NCBI GenBank assembly: GCA_964016885.1 | Contig: OZ024745.1 | Coordinates: forward strand, 89,094,001-89,158,000 | DNA from: Eledone cirrhosa | Lineage: Eukaryota | DNA: 64,000 bases | Direction: 5' to 3' | In this document: positions 43,301 through 58,679 of the stretch, in pieces | Layout of the letters: each line of letters opens with the position of its first letter | How positions within the stretch are numbered: the first letter of the stretch is position 1 | Notes under the pieces: generated by a model | Told to the model about the DNA's origin: nothing | The model's input: the letters and a program-made list of their open reading frames with translations, nothing else | Database searches by the model: none | Made by a program: the position numbers and the translations under genes

Positions 43301-45580
43301 AGATTGTTATAGATGTAGTTGCTACATAGATTGCTATAGATGTATTTGCTACATAGATAGTTATATATGTAGTTGCGACATAGATTGTTATAGATGTAGT
43401 TGCTATATAGATTGCTATAGATCTATTTGCTACATAGATTGTTATAGATGTAGTTGGTACAGAGATTGTTATAGATGTAGTTGCTACATAGATTGTTATA
43501 GATGTAGTTGCTACATAGATTGTTATAGATGTAGTTGCTAGATAGATTGCTATATAAGTAGTTGCTACATATATTGCTATAGATGTAGTTGCTACATAGA
43601 TTGACATAGATGGAGTTGCTACATAGATTGCCATAGATGTAGTTGCTACATAGATTGCCATAGATGTAGTTGCTACATAGATTGCCATAGATGTAGTTGC
43701 TACAGAGATTGCTATATATGTAGTTGCTACATAGATTGCCATAGATGTAGTTGCTACATAGATTGTTATAGATGTAGTTGCTACATAGATTGTTATAGAT
43801 GTAGTTGCTACATACATTGCCATAGATGTAGTTGCTACATAGATTGTTATAGATGTAGTTGCTACATTGATTGTTATAGATGTAGTTGCTACATAGATTG
43901 TTTTAGATGTAGTTGCTACATAGATTGTTATAGATGTAGTTGCTACATAGATTGCCATAGATGTAGTTGCTACATAGATTGTTATATATGTAGTTGCTAC
44001 ATATATTGAAATGGACGTAGTTGCTACATAGATTGTTATAAATGTAGTTGCTACATAGATTGCCATAGACGTAGTTGCTACATAGATTGATATATATGTA
44101 GTTGCTATATGGATTGCTATAGATGTAGTTGCTACATAGATTGTTATAGATGTAGTTGCTACATAGATTGCTATAGATGTAGTTGCTACATAGATTGCAA
44201 TAGATGTAGTTGCTACATAGATCGTCATAGACGTAGTTGCTACATAGATTGTTATAGATGTAGTTGCTACATAGATTGCCATTTATGTAGTTGCTACATT
44301 GATTGTTATAGATGTAGTTGCTACATAGATTCTTATAGATGTAGTTGCTACACAGATCGCCATAGATGTAGTTGCTACAAAGATTGCTATAGATGTAGTA
44401 GCTACATAGATTGCTATAGATGTAGTTGCTACATACATTGCTATAGATGTAGTTGCTACATAGATTGTTATAGATGAAGTTGCTACATAGATTGCTATAG
44501 ATGTATTTGCTACATAGATTGTTATAGATGTATTTTCTACATAGATTGTTATAGATGTAGTTGCTACATAGATTGCTATAGATGTATTTGCTACATAGAT
44601 TGTTATAGATGTAGTTTCTACATAGATTGTTATAGATGTAGTTGCTACATAGATTGCTATAGATGTATTTGCTACATATATTGCTATAGATGTAGTTGCT
44701 ACATAGATTGTTATAGATGTAGTTGCTACATAGATTGTTATAGATGTAGTTGCTACATAGATTGCTATATAAGTAGTTGCTACATATATTGCCATATATG
44801 TAGTTGCTACTTAGATTGCCATAGATGTAGTTGCTACATAGATTGCCATAGATGTAGTTGCTACATAGATTGCCATTTATGTAGTTGCTACATAGATTGT
44901 TATAGATGTAGTTGCTACATAGATTACCATAGATGTAATTGCTACATAGATTGCCATAGATGTAGTTGCTACATTGATTGTTATAGATGTAGTTGCTACA
45001 TATATTGTTATAGATGTAGTTGCTACATAGATTGTTATAGATGTAGTTGCTGCACAGATTGCTATAGATGTAGTTGCTACATACATTGCTATAATGTAGT
45101 TGCTACATAGATTGCTATATAAGTAGTTGCTACATAGATTGCTATTGATGTAGTTGCGACATAGATTGCCATAGATGTAGTTGCTACATAGATCGTCATA
45201 GACGTAGTTGCTACATAGATTGTTATAGATGTAGTTGCTACATAGATTGCCATTTATGTAGTTGCTACATAGATTGTTATATATGTAGTTGCTACATAGA
45301 TTGCTATATAAGTAGTTGCTACATAGATTGCTATAGATGTATTTGCTACATAGATTGTTATAGATGTAGTTGCTACATAGATTGCTATAGATGTATTTGC
45401 TACATATATTGCTATAGATGTAGTTGCTACATAGATTGTTATAGATGTATTTGCTACATAGATTGTTATAGATGTATTTGCTACATATATTGCTATAGAT
45501 GTAGTTGCTACATAGATTGTTATAGTTGTAGTTGCTACATAGATTGTTATAAATGTAGTTGCTACATAGATTGCCATTTA
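40180..45580. repeat. About 1.1-kb block (~40180-41320) repeated at offset 4290 bp (159 monomers minus 3) at ~44470-45580; a third related copy lies near 55200-56450
   Basis: Marker offsets 40587/44877 and 40964/45254. Shared variants include GCTACTTAGATT, GCTGCACAG and GCTATTGATGTAGTTGCGAC. Confidence 0.85.
42740..43820. repeat. Tandem duplication, period 540 bp (20 monomers); boundaries approximate
   Basis: ACATAGATAGTTATATATGTAGTTGCGACA at 42811 and 43351; the following marker monomers repeat at the same offset. Confidence 0.88.
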
Positions 45581-48500
45581 TGTAGTTGCTACATAGATTG
45601 TTATAGATGTAGTTGCTACATAGATTGCCATAGATGTAGTTGCTACATAGATTGCCATAGATGTAGTTGCTACATTGATTGTTATAGATGTAGTTGCTAC
45701 ATATATTGTTCTAGATGTAGTTGCTACATAGATTGTTATAGATGTAGTTGCTACATATATTACTATAGATGTTGTTGCTGCATAGATTGCTATAGATGTA
45801 GTTGCTACATAGATTGCTATATAAGTAGTTGCTACATAGATTGCTATAGATGTAGTTGCTACATAGATTGTTATAGATGTAGTTGCTACATAGATTGCTA
45901 TAGATGTATTTGCTACATAGATTGTTATGGATGTAGTTGCGACATAGATTGTTATAGATGTAGTTACTATATAGATTGCTATAGATCTATTTGCTACATA
46001 GATTGTTATAGATGTAGTTGGTACAGAGATTGTTATAGATGTAGTTGCTACATAGATTGTTATAGATGTAGTTGCTACATAGATTGTTATAGATGTAGTT
46101 GCTAGATAGATTGCTATATAATTAGTTGCTACATATATTGTTATAGATGTAGTTGCTACATAGATTGCCATAGATGGAGTTGCTACATAGATTGCCATAG
46201 ATGTAGTTGCTACATAGATTGCCATAGATGTAGTTGCTACATAGATTGCCATATATGTAGTTGCTACATAGATTGCTATATATGTAGTTGCTACATAGAT
46301 TGCCATAGATGTAGTTGCTACATAGATTGTTATAGATGTAGTTGCTACATAGATTGCCATAGATGTAGTTGCTACATAGATTGTTATATATGTAGTTGCT
46401 ACATAGATTGCTATATATGTAGTTGCTACATAGATTGTTATAGATGTAGTTGCTACATAGATTGCTATAGATGGAGTTGCTACATAGATTGCCATAGATG
46501 GAGTTGCTACGTAGATTACCATAGATGTAGTTGCTACATAGATTGCCATAGATGTAGTTACTACATAGATTGCCATAGATGTAGTTGCTACATAGATTGT
46601 TATAGATGTAGTTGCTAAATAGATTGCTATAGATGTAGTTGCTACATACATTGTTATAGATGTAGTTGCTACAAAAATTGCCATAGATGTAGTTGCCACA
46701 TAGATTGTTATAGATGTAGTTGCTACATTGATTTTTATAGATGTAGTTGCTACATAGATTGTTATAGATGTATTTGCTACATAGATTGCCATAGATGTAC
46801 TTGCTACATAGATTGTTATATATGTAGTAGCTACATATATTGAAATGGACGTAGTTGCTACATAGATTGTTATAGATGTAATTGCTACATAGATTGCCAT
46901 AGATGTAGTTGCTACATAGATTGATATATATGTAGTTGCTATATAGATTGCTATAGATGTAGTTGCTACATAGATTGTTATAGATGTAGTTGCTACATAG
47001 ATTGCTATAGATGTAGTTGCTACATAGATTGCCATAGGTGTAGTTGCTACATAGATCGTCATAGACGTAGTTGCTACATAGATTGTTATAGATGTAGTTG
47101 CTACATAGGTTGCCATTTATGTAGTTGCTACATAGATTGTTATAAATGTAGTTGCTACATAGATTGCCATAGATTTATTTGCTACATAGATTGCCATAGA
47201 TGTAGTTGCTACATTGATTGTTATAGATGTAGTTGCTACATATATTGTTATAAATGTAGTTGCTACATAGATTTTTATAGATGTAGTTGCTACACAGATC
47301 GCCATAGATGTAGTTGCTACATAGATTGCTATAGATGTAGTAGCTACATAGATTGCTATAGATGTAGTTGCTACATATATTGCTATAGATGTAGTTGCTA
47401 CATAGATTGTTATAGATGTAGTTGCTACATAGATTTCTATATAAGTAGTTGCTACATATATTGCCATAGATGTAGTTGCTACATAGATTGCCGTAGATGT
47501 AGTTGCTACATAGATTGCCATAAATGTAGTTGCTACATAGATTGCCATTTATGTAGTTGCTACATAGATTGTTATAGATGTAGTTGCTACATAGATTGCC
47601 ATAGATGTAGTTGCTACATAGATTGCCATAGATGTATTTGCTACATAGATTGCTATATATGTAGTTGCTACATAGATTGCCATAGATGTAGTTGCTACAT
47701 AGATTGTTATAGATGTAGTTGCTACATAGGTTGTTATAGATGTAGTTGCTACATAGATTGCCATAGATGTAGTTGCTACATAGATTGTTATAGATGTAGT
47801 TGCTACATTGATTGTTATAGATGTAGTTGCTACATAGATTGTTTTAGATGTAGTTGCTACATAGATTGTTATATATGTAGTTGCTACATAGATTGCCATA
47901 GATGTAGTTGCTACATAGATTGTTATATATGTAGTTGCTACATATATTGAAATGGACGTAGTTGCTACATATTGTTATAGATGTAGTTGCTACATAGATT
48001 GCCATAGATGTAGTTGCTACATAGATTGATATATATGTAGTTGCTATATGGATTGCTATAGATGTAGTTGCTACATAGATTGTTATAGATGTAGTTGCTA
48101 CATAGATTGCTATAGATGTAGTTGCTACATAGATTGCCATAGATGTAGTTGCTACATAGATCGTCATAGACGTAGTTGCTACATAGATTGTTATAGATGT
48201 AGTTGCTACATAGATTGCCATTTATGTAGTTGCTACATAGATTGTTATAAATGTAGTTGCTACATAGATTGCCATAGATGTATTTGCTACATAGATTGCC
48301 ATAGATGTAGTTGCTACATTGATTGTTATAGATGTAGTTGCTACATAGCTTCTTATAGATGTAGTTGCTACACAGATCGCCATAGATGTAGTAGCTACAT
48401 AGATTGCTATAGATGTAGTTGCTACATATATTGCTATAGATGTAGTTGCTACATAGATTGTTATAGATGTAGTTGCTACATAGATTGCTATAGATGTATT

Positions 48501-49919
48501 TGCTACATAGATTGTTATAGATGTATTTTCTACATAGATTGTTATCGATGTAGTTGCTACATAGATTGCTATAAATGTATTTGCTACATAGATTGTTATA
48601 GATGTAGTTTCTACATAGATTGTTATAGATGTAGTTGCTACATAGATTGCTATATATGTATTTGCTACATATATTGCTATAGATGTAGTTGCTACATAGA
48701 TTGTTATAGATGTAGTTGCTACATAGATTGTTATAGATGTAGTTGCTACATAGATTGCTATATAAGTAGTTGCTACATATATTGCAATATATGTAGTTGC
48801 TACTTAGATTGCCATAGATGTAGTTGCTACATAGATTGCCATAGATGTAATTGCTACATAGATTGCCATTTATGTAGTTGCTACATAGATTGTTATAGAT
48901 GTAGTTGCTACATAGATTGCCATAGATGTAGTTGCTACATAGATTGCCATAGATGTAGTTGCTACATTGATTGTTATAGATGTAGTTGCTACATATATTG
49001 TTATAGATGTAGTTGCTACATAGATTGTTATAGATGTAGTTGCTACATAGATTGCTATAGATGTAGTTGCTGCATAGATTGCTATAGATGTAGTTGCTAC
49101 ATACATTGCTATAATGTAGTTGCTACATAGATTGCTATATAAGTAGTTGCTACATAGATTGCTATAGATGTAGTTGCTACATTGATTGTTATAGATGTAG
49201 TTGCTACATAGATTGTTATAGATGTAGTTGCTACATAGATCGTTATAGATGTAGTTGCTACATAGATTGCCATAGATGTAGTTGCTACATAGATTGTTAT
49301 ATATGTAGTTGCTACATATATTGAAATGGACGTAGTTGCTACATAGATTGTTATAGATGTAGTTAATACATAGATTACCATAGATGTAGTTGCTACATAG
49401 ATTGATATATATGTAGTTGCTACATAGATTGCTATAGATGTAGTTGCTACATAGATTGTTATAGAAGTAGTTGCTACATAGATTGCTATAGATGTAGTTG
49501 CGACATAGATTGCCATAGATGAGTTGCTACATAGATCGTCATAGACGTAGTTGCTACATAGATTGTTATAGATGTAGTTGCTACATAGATTGCCATTTAT
49601 GTAGTTGCTACATAGATTGTTGTAAATGTAGTTGCTACATAGATTGCCATAGATGTAGTTGCTACATTGATTGTTATAGATGTAGTTGCTACATATATTG
49701 TTATAGATGTAGTTGCTACATAGATTGTTATAGATGTAGTTGCTACACAGATCGCCATAGATGTAGTTGCTACATAGATTGCTATAGATGTAGTAGCTAC
49801 ATAGATTGCTATACAAGTAGTTGCTACATAGATTGCTATAGATGTATTTGCTACATAGATTGTTATAGATGTAGTTGCTACATAGATTGTTATAGATGTA
49901 GTTGCTACATAGATTGCAT

Positions 49920-52900
49920 TTATGTAGTTGCTACATAGATTGTTATAAATGTAGTTGCTACATAGATTGCCATAGATGTAGTTGCTACATTGATTGTTAT
50001 AGATGTAGTTGCTACATACATTGTTATAGATGTAGTTGCTACATAGATTGTTATAGATGTAGTTGCTACACAGATCGCCATAGATGTAGTTGCTACATAG
50101 ATTGCTATAGATGTAGTAGCTACATAGATTGCTATAGATGTAGTTGCTACATATTTTGCTATAGATGTAGTTGCTACATAGATTGTTATAGATGTAGTTG
50201 CTACATAGATTGCTATAGATGTATTTGCTACATAGATTGTTATAGATGTAGTTGCTACATAGATTGTCATAGATGTAGTTGCTACATAGTTTGCTATAGA
50301 TGTATTTGCTACATAGATTGTTATAGATGTAGTTGCTACATAGATTGTTATAGGTGTAGTTGCTACATAGATTGCTATAGATGTATTTGCTACATATATT
50401 GCTATAAATGTAGTTGCTACATAGATTGTTATAGATGTAGTTGCTACATAGATTGTTATAAATGTAGTTGCTACATAGATTGCTATATAAGTAGTTGCTA
50501 CATATATTGCCATAGATGTAGTTGCTACATAGATTGCCATAGATGTAGTTGCTATATAGATCGCCATAGATGTAGTTGCTACATAGATTGCCATTTATGT
50601 AGTTGCTACATAGATTGTTATAGATGTAGTTGCTACATAGATTGCCATAGATGTAGTTGCTACATAGATTGCCATAGATGTAGTTGCTACATTGATTGTT
50701 ATAGATGTAGTTGCTACATATATTGTTATAGATGTAGTTGCTACATAGATTGTTATAGATGTAGTTGCTACATAGATTGCTATAGATGTAGTTGCTGCAT
50801 AGATTGCTATAGATGTAGTTGCTACATAGATTGCTATAATGTTGTTGCTACGTAGATTGCTATATAAGTAATTGCTACAATGATTGCTATAGATGTAGTT
50901 GCTACATAGATTGTTATAGATGTAGTTGCTACATAGATTGCTATAGATGTATTTGCTACATAGATAGTTATAGATGTAGTTGCGACATAGCTTGTTATAG
51001 ATGTAGTTGGTACAGAGATTGTTATAGATGTAGTTGCTACATAGATTGTTATAGATGTAGTTGCTACATAGATTGTTATAGATGTAGTTGCTAGATAGAT
51101 TGCTATATAAGTAGTTGCTACATATATTGCTATAGATGTAGTTGCTACATAGATTGCCATAGATGGAGTTGCTACATAGATTGCCATAGATGTAGTTGCT
51201 ACATAGATTGCCATAGATGTAGTTGCTACATAGATTGCCATAGATGTAGTTGCTACATAGATTGCTATATATGTAGTTGCTACATAGATTGCCATAGATG
51301 TAGTTGCTACATAGATTGTTATAGATGTAGTTGCTACATAGATTGTTATAGATGTAGTTGCTACATAGATTGCCATAGATGTAGTAGCTACATAGATTGC
51401 TATACAAGTAGTTGCTACATAGATTGCTATAGATGTATTTGCTACATAGATTGTTATAGATGTAGTTGCTACATAGATTGTTATAGATGTAGTTGCTACA
51501 TCGATTGCCATTTATGTAGTTGCTACATAGATTGTTATAAATGTAGTTGCTACATAGATTGCCATAGATGTATTTGCTACACAGATTGCCATAGATGTAG
51601 TTGCTACATTGATTGTTATAGATGTAGTTGCTACATACATTGTTATAGATGTAGTTGCTACATAGATTGTTATAGATGTAGTTGCTACACAGATCGCCAT
51701 AGATGTAGTTGCTACATAGATTGCTATAGATGTAGTAGCTACATAGATTGCTATAGATGTAGTTGCTACATATTTTGCTATAGATGTAGTTGCTACATAG
51801 ATTGTTATAGATGTAGTTGCTACATAGATTGCTATAGATGTATTTGCTACATAGATTGTTATAGATGTAGTTGCTACATAGATTGTTATAGATGTAGTTG
51901 CTACATAGTTTGCTATAGATGTATTTGCTACATAGATTGTTATAGATGTAGTTGCTACATAGATTGTTATAGATGTAGTTGCTACATAGATTGCTATAGA
52001 TGTATTTGCTACATATATTGCTATAGATGTAGTTGCTACATAGATTGTTATATATGTAGTTGCTACATAGATTGTTATAAATGTAGTTGCTACATAGATT
52101 GCTATATAAGTAGTTGCTACATATATTGCCATAGATGTAGTTGCTACATAGATTGCCATAGATGTAGTTGCTACATAGATCGCCATAGATGTAGTTGCTA
52201 CATAGATTGCCATTTATGTAGTTGCTACATAGATTGTTATAGATGTAGTTGCTACATAGATTGCCATAGATGTAGTTGCTACATAGATTGCCATAGATGT
52301 AGTTGCTACATTGATTGTTATAGATGTAGTTGCTACATATATTGTTATAGATGTAGTTGCTACATAGATTGTTATAGATGTTGTTGCTACATAGATTGCT
52401 ATAGATGTAGTTGCTGCATAGATTGCTATAGATGTAGTTGCTACATAGATTGCTATAATGTTGTTGCTACGTTGATTGCTATATAAGTAATTGCTACAAT
52501 GATTGCTATAGATGTAGTTGCTACATAGATTGTTATAGATGTAGTTGCTACATAGATTGCTATAGATGTATTTGCTTCATAGATAGTTATAGATGTAGAT
52601 GCGACATAGATTGTTATAGATGTAGTTGCTATATAGATTGCTATAGATCTATTTGCTACATAGATTGTTATAGATGTAGTTGGTACAGAGATTGTTATAG
52701 ATGTAGTTGCTACATAGATTGTTATAGATGTAGTTGCTACATAGATTGTTATAGATGTAGTTGCTAGATAGATTGCTATATAAGTAATTGCTACATATAT
52801 TGCTATAGATGTAGTTGCTACATAGATTGCCATAGATGGAGTTGCTACATAGATTGCCATAGATGTAGTTGCTACATAGATTGCCATAGATGTAGTTGCT

Positions 52901-53050
52901 ACATAGATTGCCATAGATGTAGTTGCTACATAGATTGCTATATATGTAGTTGCTACATAGATTGCCATAGATGTAGTTGCTACATAGATTGTTATAGATG
53001 TAGTTGCTACATAGATTGTTATAGATGTAGTTGCTACATAGATTGCCATA
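49920..53050. repeat. Imperfect tandem duplication, period 1592-1619 bp (59-60 monomers minus 1); end approximate
   Basis: Marker offsets 49920/51512, 50595/52214 and 50834/52453. Private ACATATTTTGCT and ATAATGTTGTTGCTACG are shared. Confidence 0.8.
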
Positions 53051-55270
53051 GATGTAGTTGCTACATACATTGTTATAGATGTAGTTGCTACATTGATTGT
53101 TATAGATGTAGTTGCTACATAGATTGTTTTAGATGTAGTTGCTACATAGATTTTTATAGATGTAGTTGCTACATAGATTGTTATATATGTAGTTGCTACA
53201 TATATTGAAATGGACGTAGTTGCTACATAGATTGTTATAAATGTAGTTGCTACATAGATTGCCATAGATGTAGTTGCTACATAGATTGATATATATGTAG
53301 TTGCTATATGGATTGCTATAGATGTAGTTGCTACATAGATTGTTATAGATGTAGTTGCTACATAGATTGCTATAGATGTAGTTGCTACATAGATTGCCAT
53401 AGATGTAGTTGCTACATAGATCGTCATAGACGTAGTTGCTACATAGATTGTTACAGATGTAGTTGCTACATAGATTGCCATTTATGTAGTTGCTACATTG
53501 ATTGTTATAGATGTAGTTGCTACATAGATTCTTATAGATGTAGTTGCTACACAGATCGCCATAGATGTAGTTGCTACAAAGATTGCTATAGATGTAGTAG
53601 CTACATAGATTGCTATAGATGTAGTTGCTACATACATTGCTATAGATGTAGTTGCTACATAGATTGTTATAGATGTAGTTGCTACATAGATTGCTATAGA
53701 TGTATTTGCTACATAGATTGTTATAGATGTATTTTCTACATATATTGTTATAGATGTAGTTGCTACATAGATTGCCATAGATGTAGTTGCTACATAGATT
53801 GCCATAGATGTAGTTGCTACATTGATTGTTATAGATGTAGTTGCTACATATATTGTTATAGATGTAGTTGCTACATAGATTGTTATAGATGTTGTTGCTA
53901 CATAGATTGCTATAGATGTAGTTGCTGCATAGATTGCTATAGATGTAGTTGCTACATAGATTGCTATAATGTTGTTGCTACGTTGATTGCTATATAAGTA
54001 ATTGCTACAATGATTGCTATAGATGTAGTTGCTACATAGATTGTTATAGATGTAGTTGCTACATAGATTGCTATAGATGTATTTGCTACATAGATAGTTA
54101 TAGATGTAGATGCGACATAGATTGTTATAGATGTAGTTGCTATATAGATTGCTATAGATCTATTTGCTACATAGATTGTTATAGATGTAGTTGGTACAGA
54201 GATTGTTATAGATGTAGTTGCTACATAGATTGTTATAGATGTAGTTGCTACATAGATTGTTATAGATGTAGTTGCTAGATAGATTGCTATATAAGTAGTT
54301 GCTACATATATTGCTATAGATGTAGTTGCTACATAGATTGCCATAGATGGAGTTGCTACATAGATTGCCATAGATGTAGTTGCTACATAGATTGCCATAG
54401 ATGTAGTTGCTACATAGATTGCCATAGATGTAGTTGCTACATAGATTGCTATATATGTAGTTGCTACATAGATTGCCATAGATGTAGTTGCTACATAGAT
54501 TGTTATAGATGTAGTTGCTACATAGATTGTTATAGATGTAGTTGCTACATAGATTGCCATAGATGTAGTTGCTACATAGATTGTTATAGATGTAGTTGCT
54601 ACATTGATTGTTATAGATGTAGTTGCTACATAGATTGTTTTAGATGTAGTTGCTACATAGATTTTTATAGATGTAGTTGCTACATAGATTGTTATATATG
54701 TAGTTGCTACATATATTGAAATGGACGTAGTTGCTACATAGATTGTTATAAATGTAGTTGCTACATAGATTGCCATAGATGTAGTTGCTACATAGATTGA
54801 TATATATGTAGTTGCTATATGGATTGCTATAGATGTAGTTGCTACATAGATTGTTATAGATGTAGTTGCTACATAGATTGCTATAGATGTAGTTGCTACA
54901 TAGATTGCCATAGATGTAGTTGCTACATAGATCGTCATAGACGTAGTTGCTACATAGATTGTTATAGATGTAGTTGCTACATAGATTGCCATTTATGTAG
55001 TTGCTACATTGATTGTTATAGATGTAGTTGCTACATAGATTCTTATAGATGTAGTTGCTACACAGATCGCCATAGATGTAGTTGCTACAAAGATTGCTAT
55101 AGATGTAGTAGCTACATAGATTGCTATAGATGTAGTTGCTACATACATTGCTATAGATGTAGTTGCTACATAGATTGTTATAGATGTAGTTGCTACATAG
55201 ATTGCTATAGATGTATTTGCTACATAGATTGTTATAGATGTATTTTCTACATAGATTGTTATAGATGTAG
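52240..55270. repeat. Tandem duplication, period 1511 bp (56 monomers minus 1 bp); boundaries approximate
   Basis: Marker offsets 52453/53964 and 53482/54993. Private GCTACGTTGATT and GTAGATGCGAC are shared. Confidence 0.88.
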
Positions 55271-58200
55271 TTGCTACATAGATTGCTATAGATGTATTTG
55301 CTACATAGATTGTTATAGATGTAGTTTCTACATAGATTGTTATAGATGTAGTTGCTACATAGATTGCTATAGATGTATTTGCTACATATATTGCTATAGA
55401 TGTAGTTGCTACATAGATTGTTATAGATGTAGTTGCTACATAGATTGTTATAGATGTAGTTGCTACATAGATTGCTATATAAGTAGTTGCTACATATATT
55501 GCCATAGATGTAGTTGCTACTTAGATTGCCATAGATGTAGTTGCTACATAGATTGCCATAGATGTAGTTGCTACATAGATTGCCATTTATGTAGTTGCTA
55601 CATAGATTGTTATAGATGTAGTTGCTACATAGATTACCATAGATGTAATTGCTACATAGATTGCCATAGATGTAGTTGCTACATTGATTGTTATAGATGT
55701 AGTTGCTACATAGATTGTTATAGATGTAGTTGCTGCACAGATTGCTATAGATGTAGTTGCTACATACATTGCTATAATGTAGTTGCTACATAGATTGCTA
55801 TATAAGTAGTTGCTACATAGATTGCTATTGATGTAGTTGCGACATAGATTGCCATAGATGTAGTTGCTACATAGATCGTCATAGACGTAGTTGCTACATA
55901 GATTGCCATAGATGTAGTTGCTACATAGATTGCCATTTATGTAGTTGCTACATAGATTGTTATATATGTAGTTGCTACATAGATTGCCATAGATGTAGTT
56001 GCTACATTGATTGTTATAGATGTAGTTGCTACATATATTGTTATAGATGTAGTTGCTACATAGATTGTTATAGATGTAGTTGCTACACAGATCGCCATAG
56101 ATGTAGTTGCTACATAGATTGCTATAGATGTAGTAGCTACATAGATTGCTATATAAGTAGTTGCTACATAGATTGCTATAGATGTATTTGCTACATAGAT
56201 TGTTATAGATGTAGTTGCTACATAGATTGTTATAGATGTAGTTGCTACATAGATTGCTATAGATGTATTTGCTACATATATTGCTATAGATGTAGTTGCT
56301 ACATAGATTGTTATAGATGTATTTGCTACATAGATTGTTATAGATGTATTTGCTACATATATTGCTATAGATGTAGTTGCTACATAGATTGTTATAGTTG
56401 TAGTTGCTACATAGATTGTTATAAATGTAGTTGCTACATAGATTGCCATTTATGTAGTTGCTACATAGATTGTTATAGATGTAGTTGCTACATAGATTGC
56501 CATAGATGTAGTTGCTACATAGATTGCCATAGATGTAGTTGCTACATTGATTGTTATAGATGTAGTTGCTACATATATTGTTCTAGATGTAGTTGCTACA
56601 TTGATTGTTATAGATGTAGTTTCTACATAGATTACTATAGATGTTGTTGCTGCATAGATTGCTATAGATGTAGTTGCTACATAGATTGCTATATAAGTAG
56701 TTGCTACATAGATTGCTATAGATGTAGTTGCTACATAGATTGTTATAGATGTAGTTGCTACATAGATTGCTATATATGTATTTGCTACATAGATTGTTAT
56801 GGATGTAGTTGCGACATAGATTGTTATAGATGTAGTTGCTATATAGATTGCTATAGATCTATTTGCTACATAGATTGTTATTGATGTAGTTGGTACAGAG
56901 ATTGTTATAGATGTAGTTGCTACATAGATTGTTATAGATGTAGTTGCTACATAGATTGTTATAGATGTAGTTGCTAGATAGATTGCTATATAAGTAGTTG
57001 CTACATATATTGTTATAGATGTAGTTGCTACATAGATTGCCATAGATGGAGTTGCTACATAAATTGCCATAGATGTAGTTGCTACATAGATTGCCATAGA
57101 TGTAGTTGCTACATAGATTGCCATAGATGTAGTTGCTACATAGATTGCTATATATGTAGTTGCTACATAGATTGCCATAGATGTAGTTGCTACATAGATT
57201 GTTATAGATGTAGTTGCTACATAGATTGCCATAGATGTAGTTGCTACATAGATTGTTATATATGTAGTTGCTACATAGATTGCTATAGATGTAGTTGCTA
57301 CATAGATTGTTATAGATGTAGTTGCTACATAGATTGCTATAGATGGAGTTGCTACATAGATTGCCATAGATGGAGTTGCTACGTAGATTACCATAGATGT
57401 AGTTGCTACATAGATTGCCATATATGTAGTTACTACATAGATTGCCATAGATGTAGTTGCTACATAGATTGTTATAGATGTAGTTGCTAAATAGATTGCT
57501 ATAGATGTAGTTGCTACATACATTGTTATAGATGTAGTTGCTACATAGATTGCCATAGATGTAGTTGCTAGATAGATTGTTATAGATGTAGTTGCTACAT
57601 TGATTTTTATAGATGTAGTTGCTACATAGATTGTTATAGATGTAGTTGCTACATAGATTGTTATAGATGTATTTGCTACATAGATTGCCATAGATGTACT
57701 TGCTACATAGATTGTTATATATGTAGTAGCTACATATATTGAAATGGACGTAGTTGCTACATAGATTGTTATAGATGTAGTTGCTACATAGATTGCCATA
57801 GATGTAGTTGCTACATAGATTGATATATATGTAGTTGCTATATAGATTGCTATAGATGTAGTTGCTACATAGATTGTTATAGATGTAGTTGCTACATAGA
57901 TTGCTATAGATGTAGTTGCTACATAGATTGCCATAGGTGTAGTTGCTACATAGATCGTCATAGACGTAGTTGCTACATAGATTGTTATAGATGTAGTTGC
58001 TACATAGATTGCCATTTATGTAGTTGCTACATAGATTGTTATAAATGTAGTTGCTACATAGATTGCCATACATTTATTTGCTACATAGATTGCCATAGAT
58101 GTAGTTGCTACATTGATTGTTATAGATGTAGTTGCTACATATATTGTTATAAATGTAGTTGCTACATAGATTGTTATAGATGTAGTTGCTACACAGATCG

Positions 58201-58679
58201 CCATAGATGTAGTTGCTACATAGATTGCTATAGATGTAGTAGCTACATAGATTGCTATAGATGTAGTTGCTCCATATATTGCTATAGATGTAGTTGCTAC
58301 ATAGATTGTTATAGATGTTGTTGCTACATAGATTGCTATAGATGTATTTGCTACATAGATTGTTATAGATGTAGTTGCTACATAGATTGTTATATATGTA
58401 GTTGCTACATAGATTACTATAGATGTATTTGCTACATATATTGCTATAGATGTAGTTGCTACATAGATTGTTATAGATGTAGTTGCTACATAGATTGTTA
58501 TAGATGTAGTTGCTACATAGATTTCTATATAAGTAGTTGCTACATATATTGCCATAGATGTAGTTGCTACATAGATTGCCATAGATGTAGTTGCTACATA
58601 GATTGCCATAGATGTAGTTGCTACATAGATTGCCATTTATGTAGTTGCTACATAGATTGTTATAGATGTAGTTGCTACA

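Larger units (their letters stand above)
44283..58300. repeat. About 3.1-kb block (44283 to ~47400) repeated about 10.7-10.9 kb downstream (54993 to ~58300)
   Basis: 44283/54993 and 44877/55587 give offset 10710 = 397 x 27 - 9, matching the nine deleted bases in between; 45578/56450 follows. Shared variants include GTTCTAG, GTTATGGATG, GATGTACTTG and GCCATAGGTG. Confidence 0.85.
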
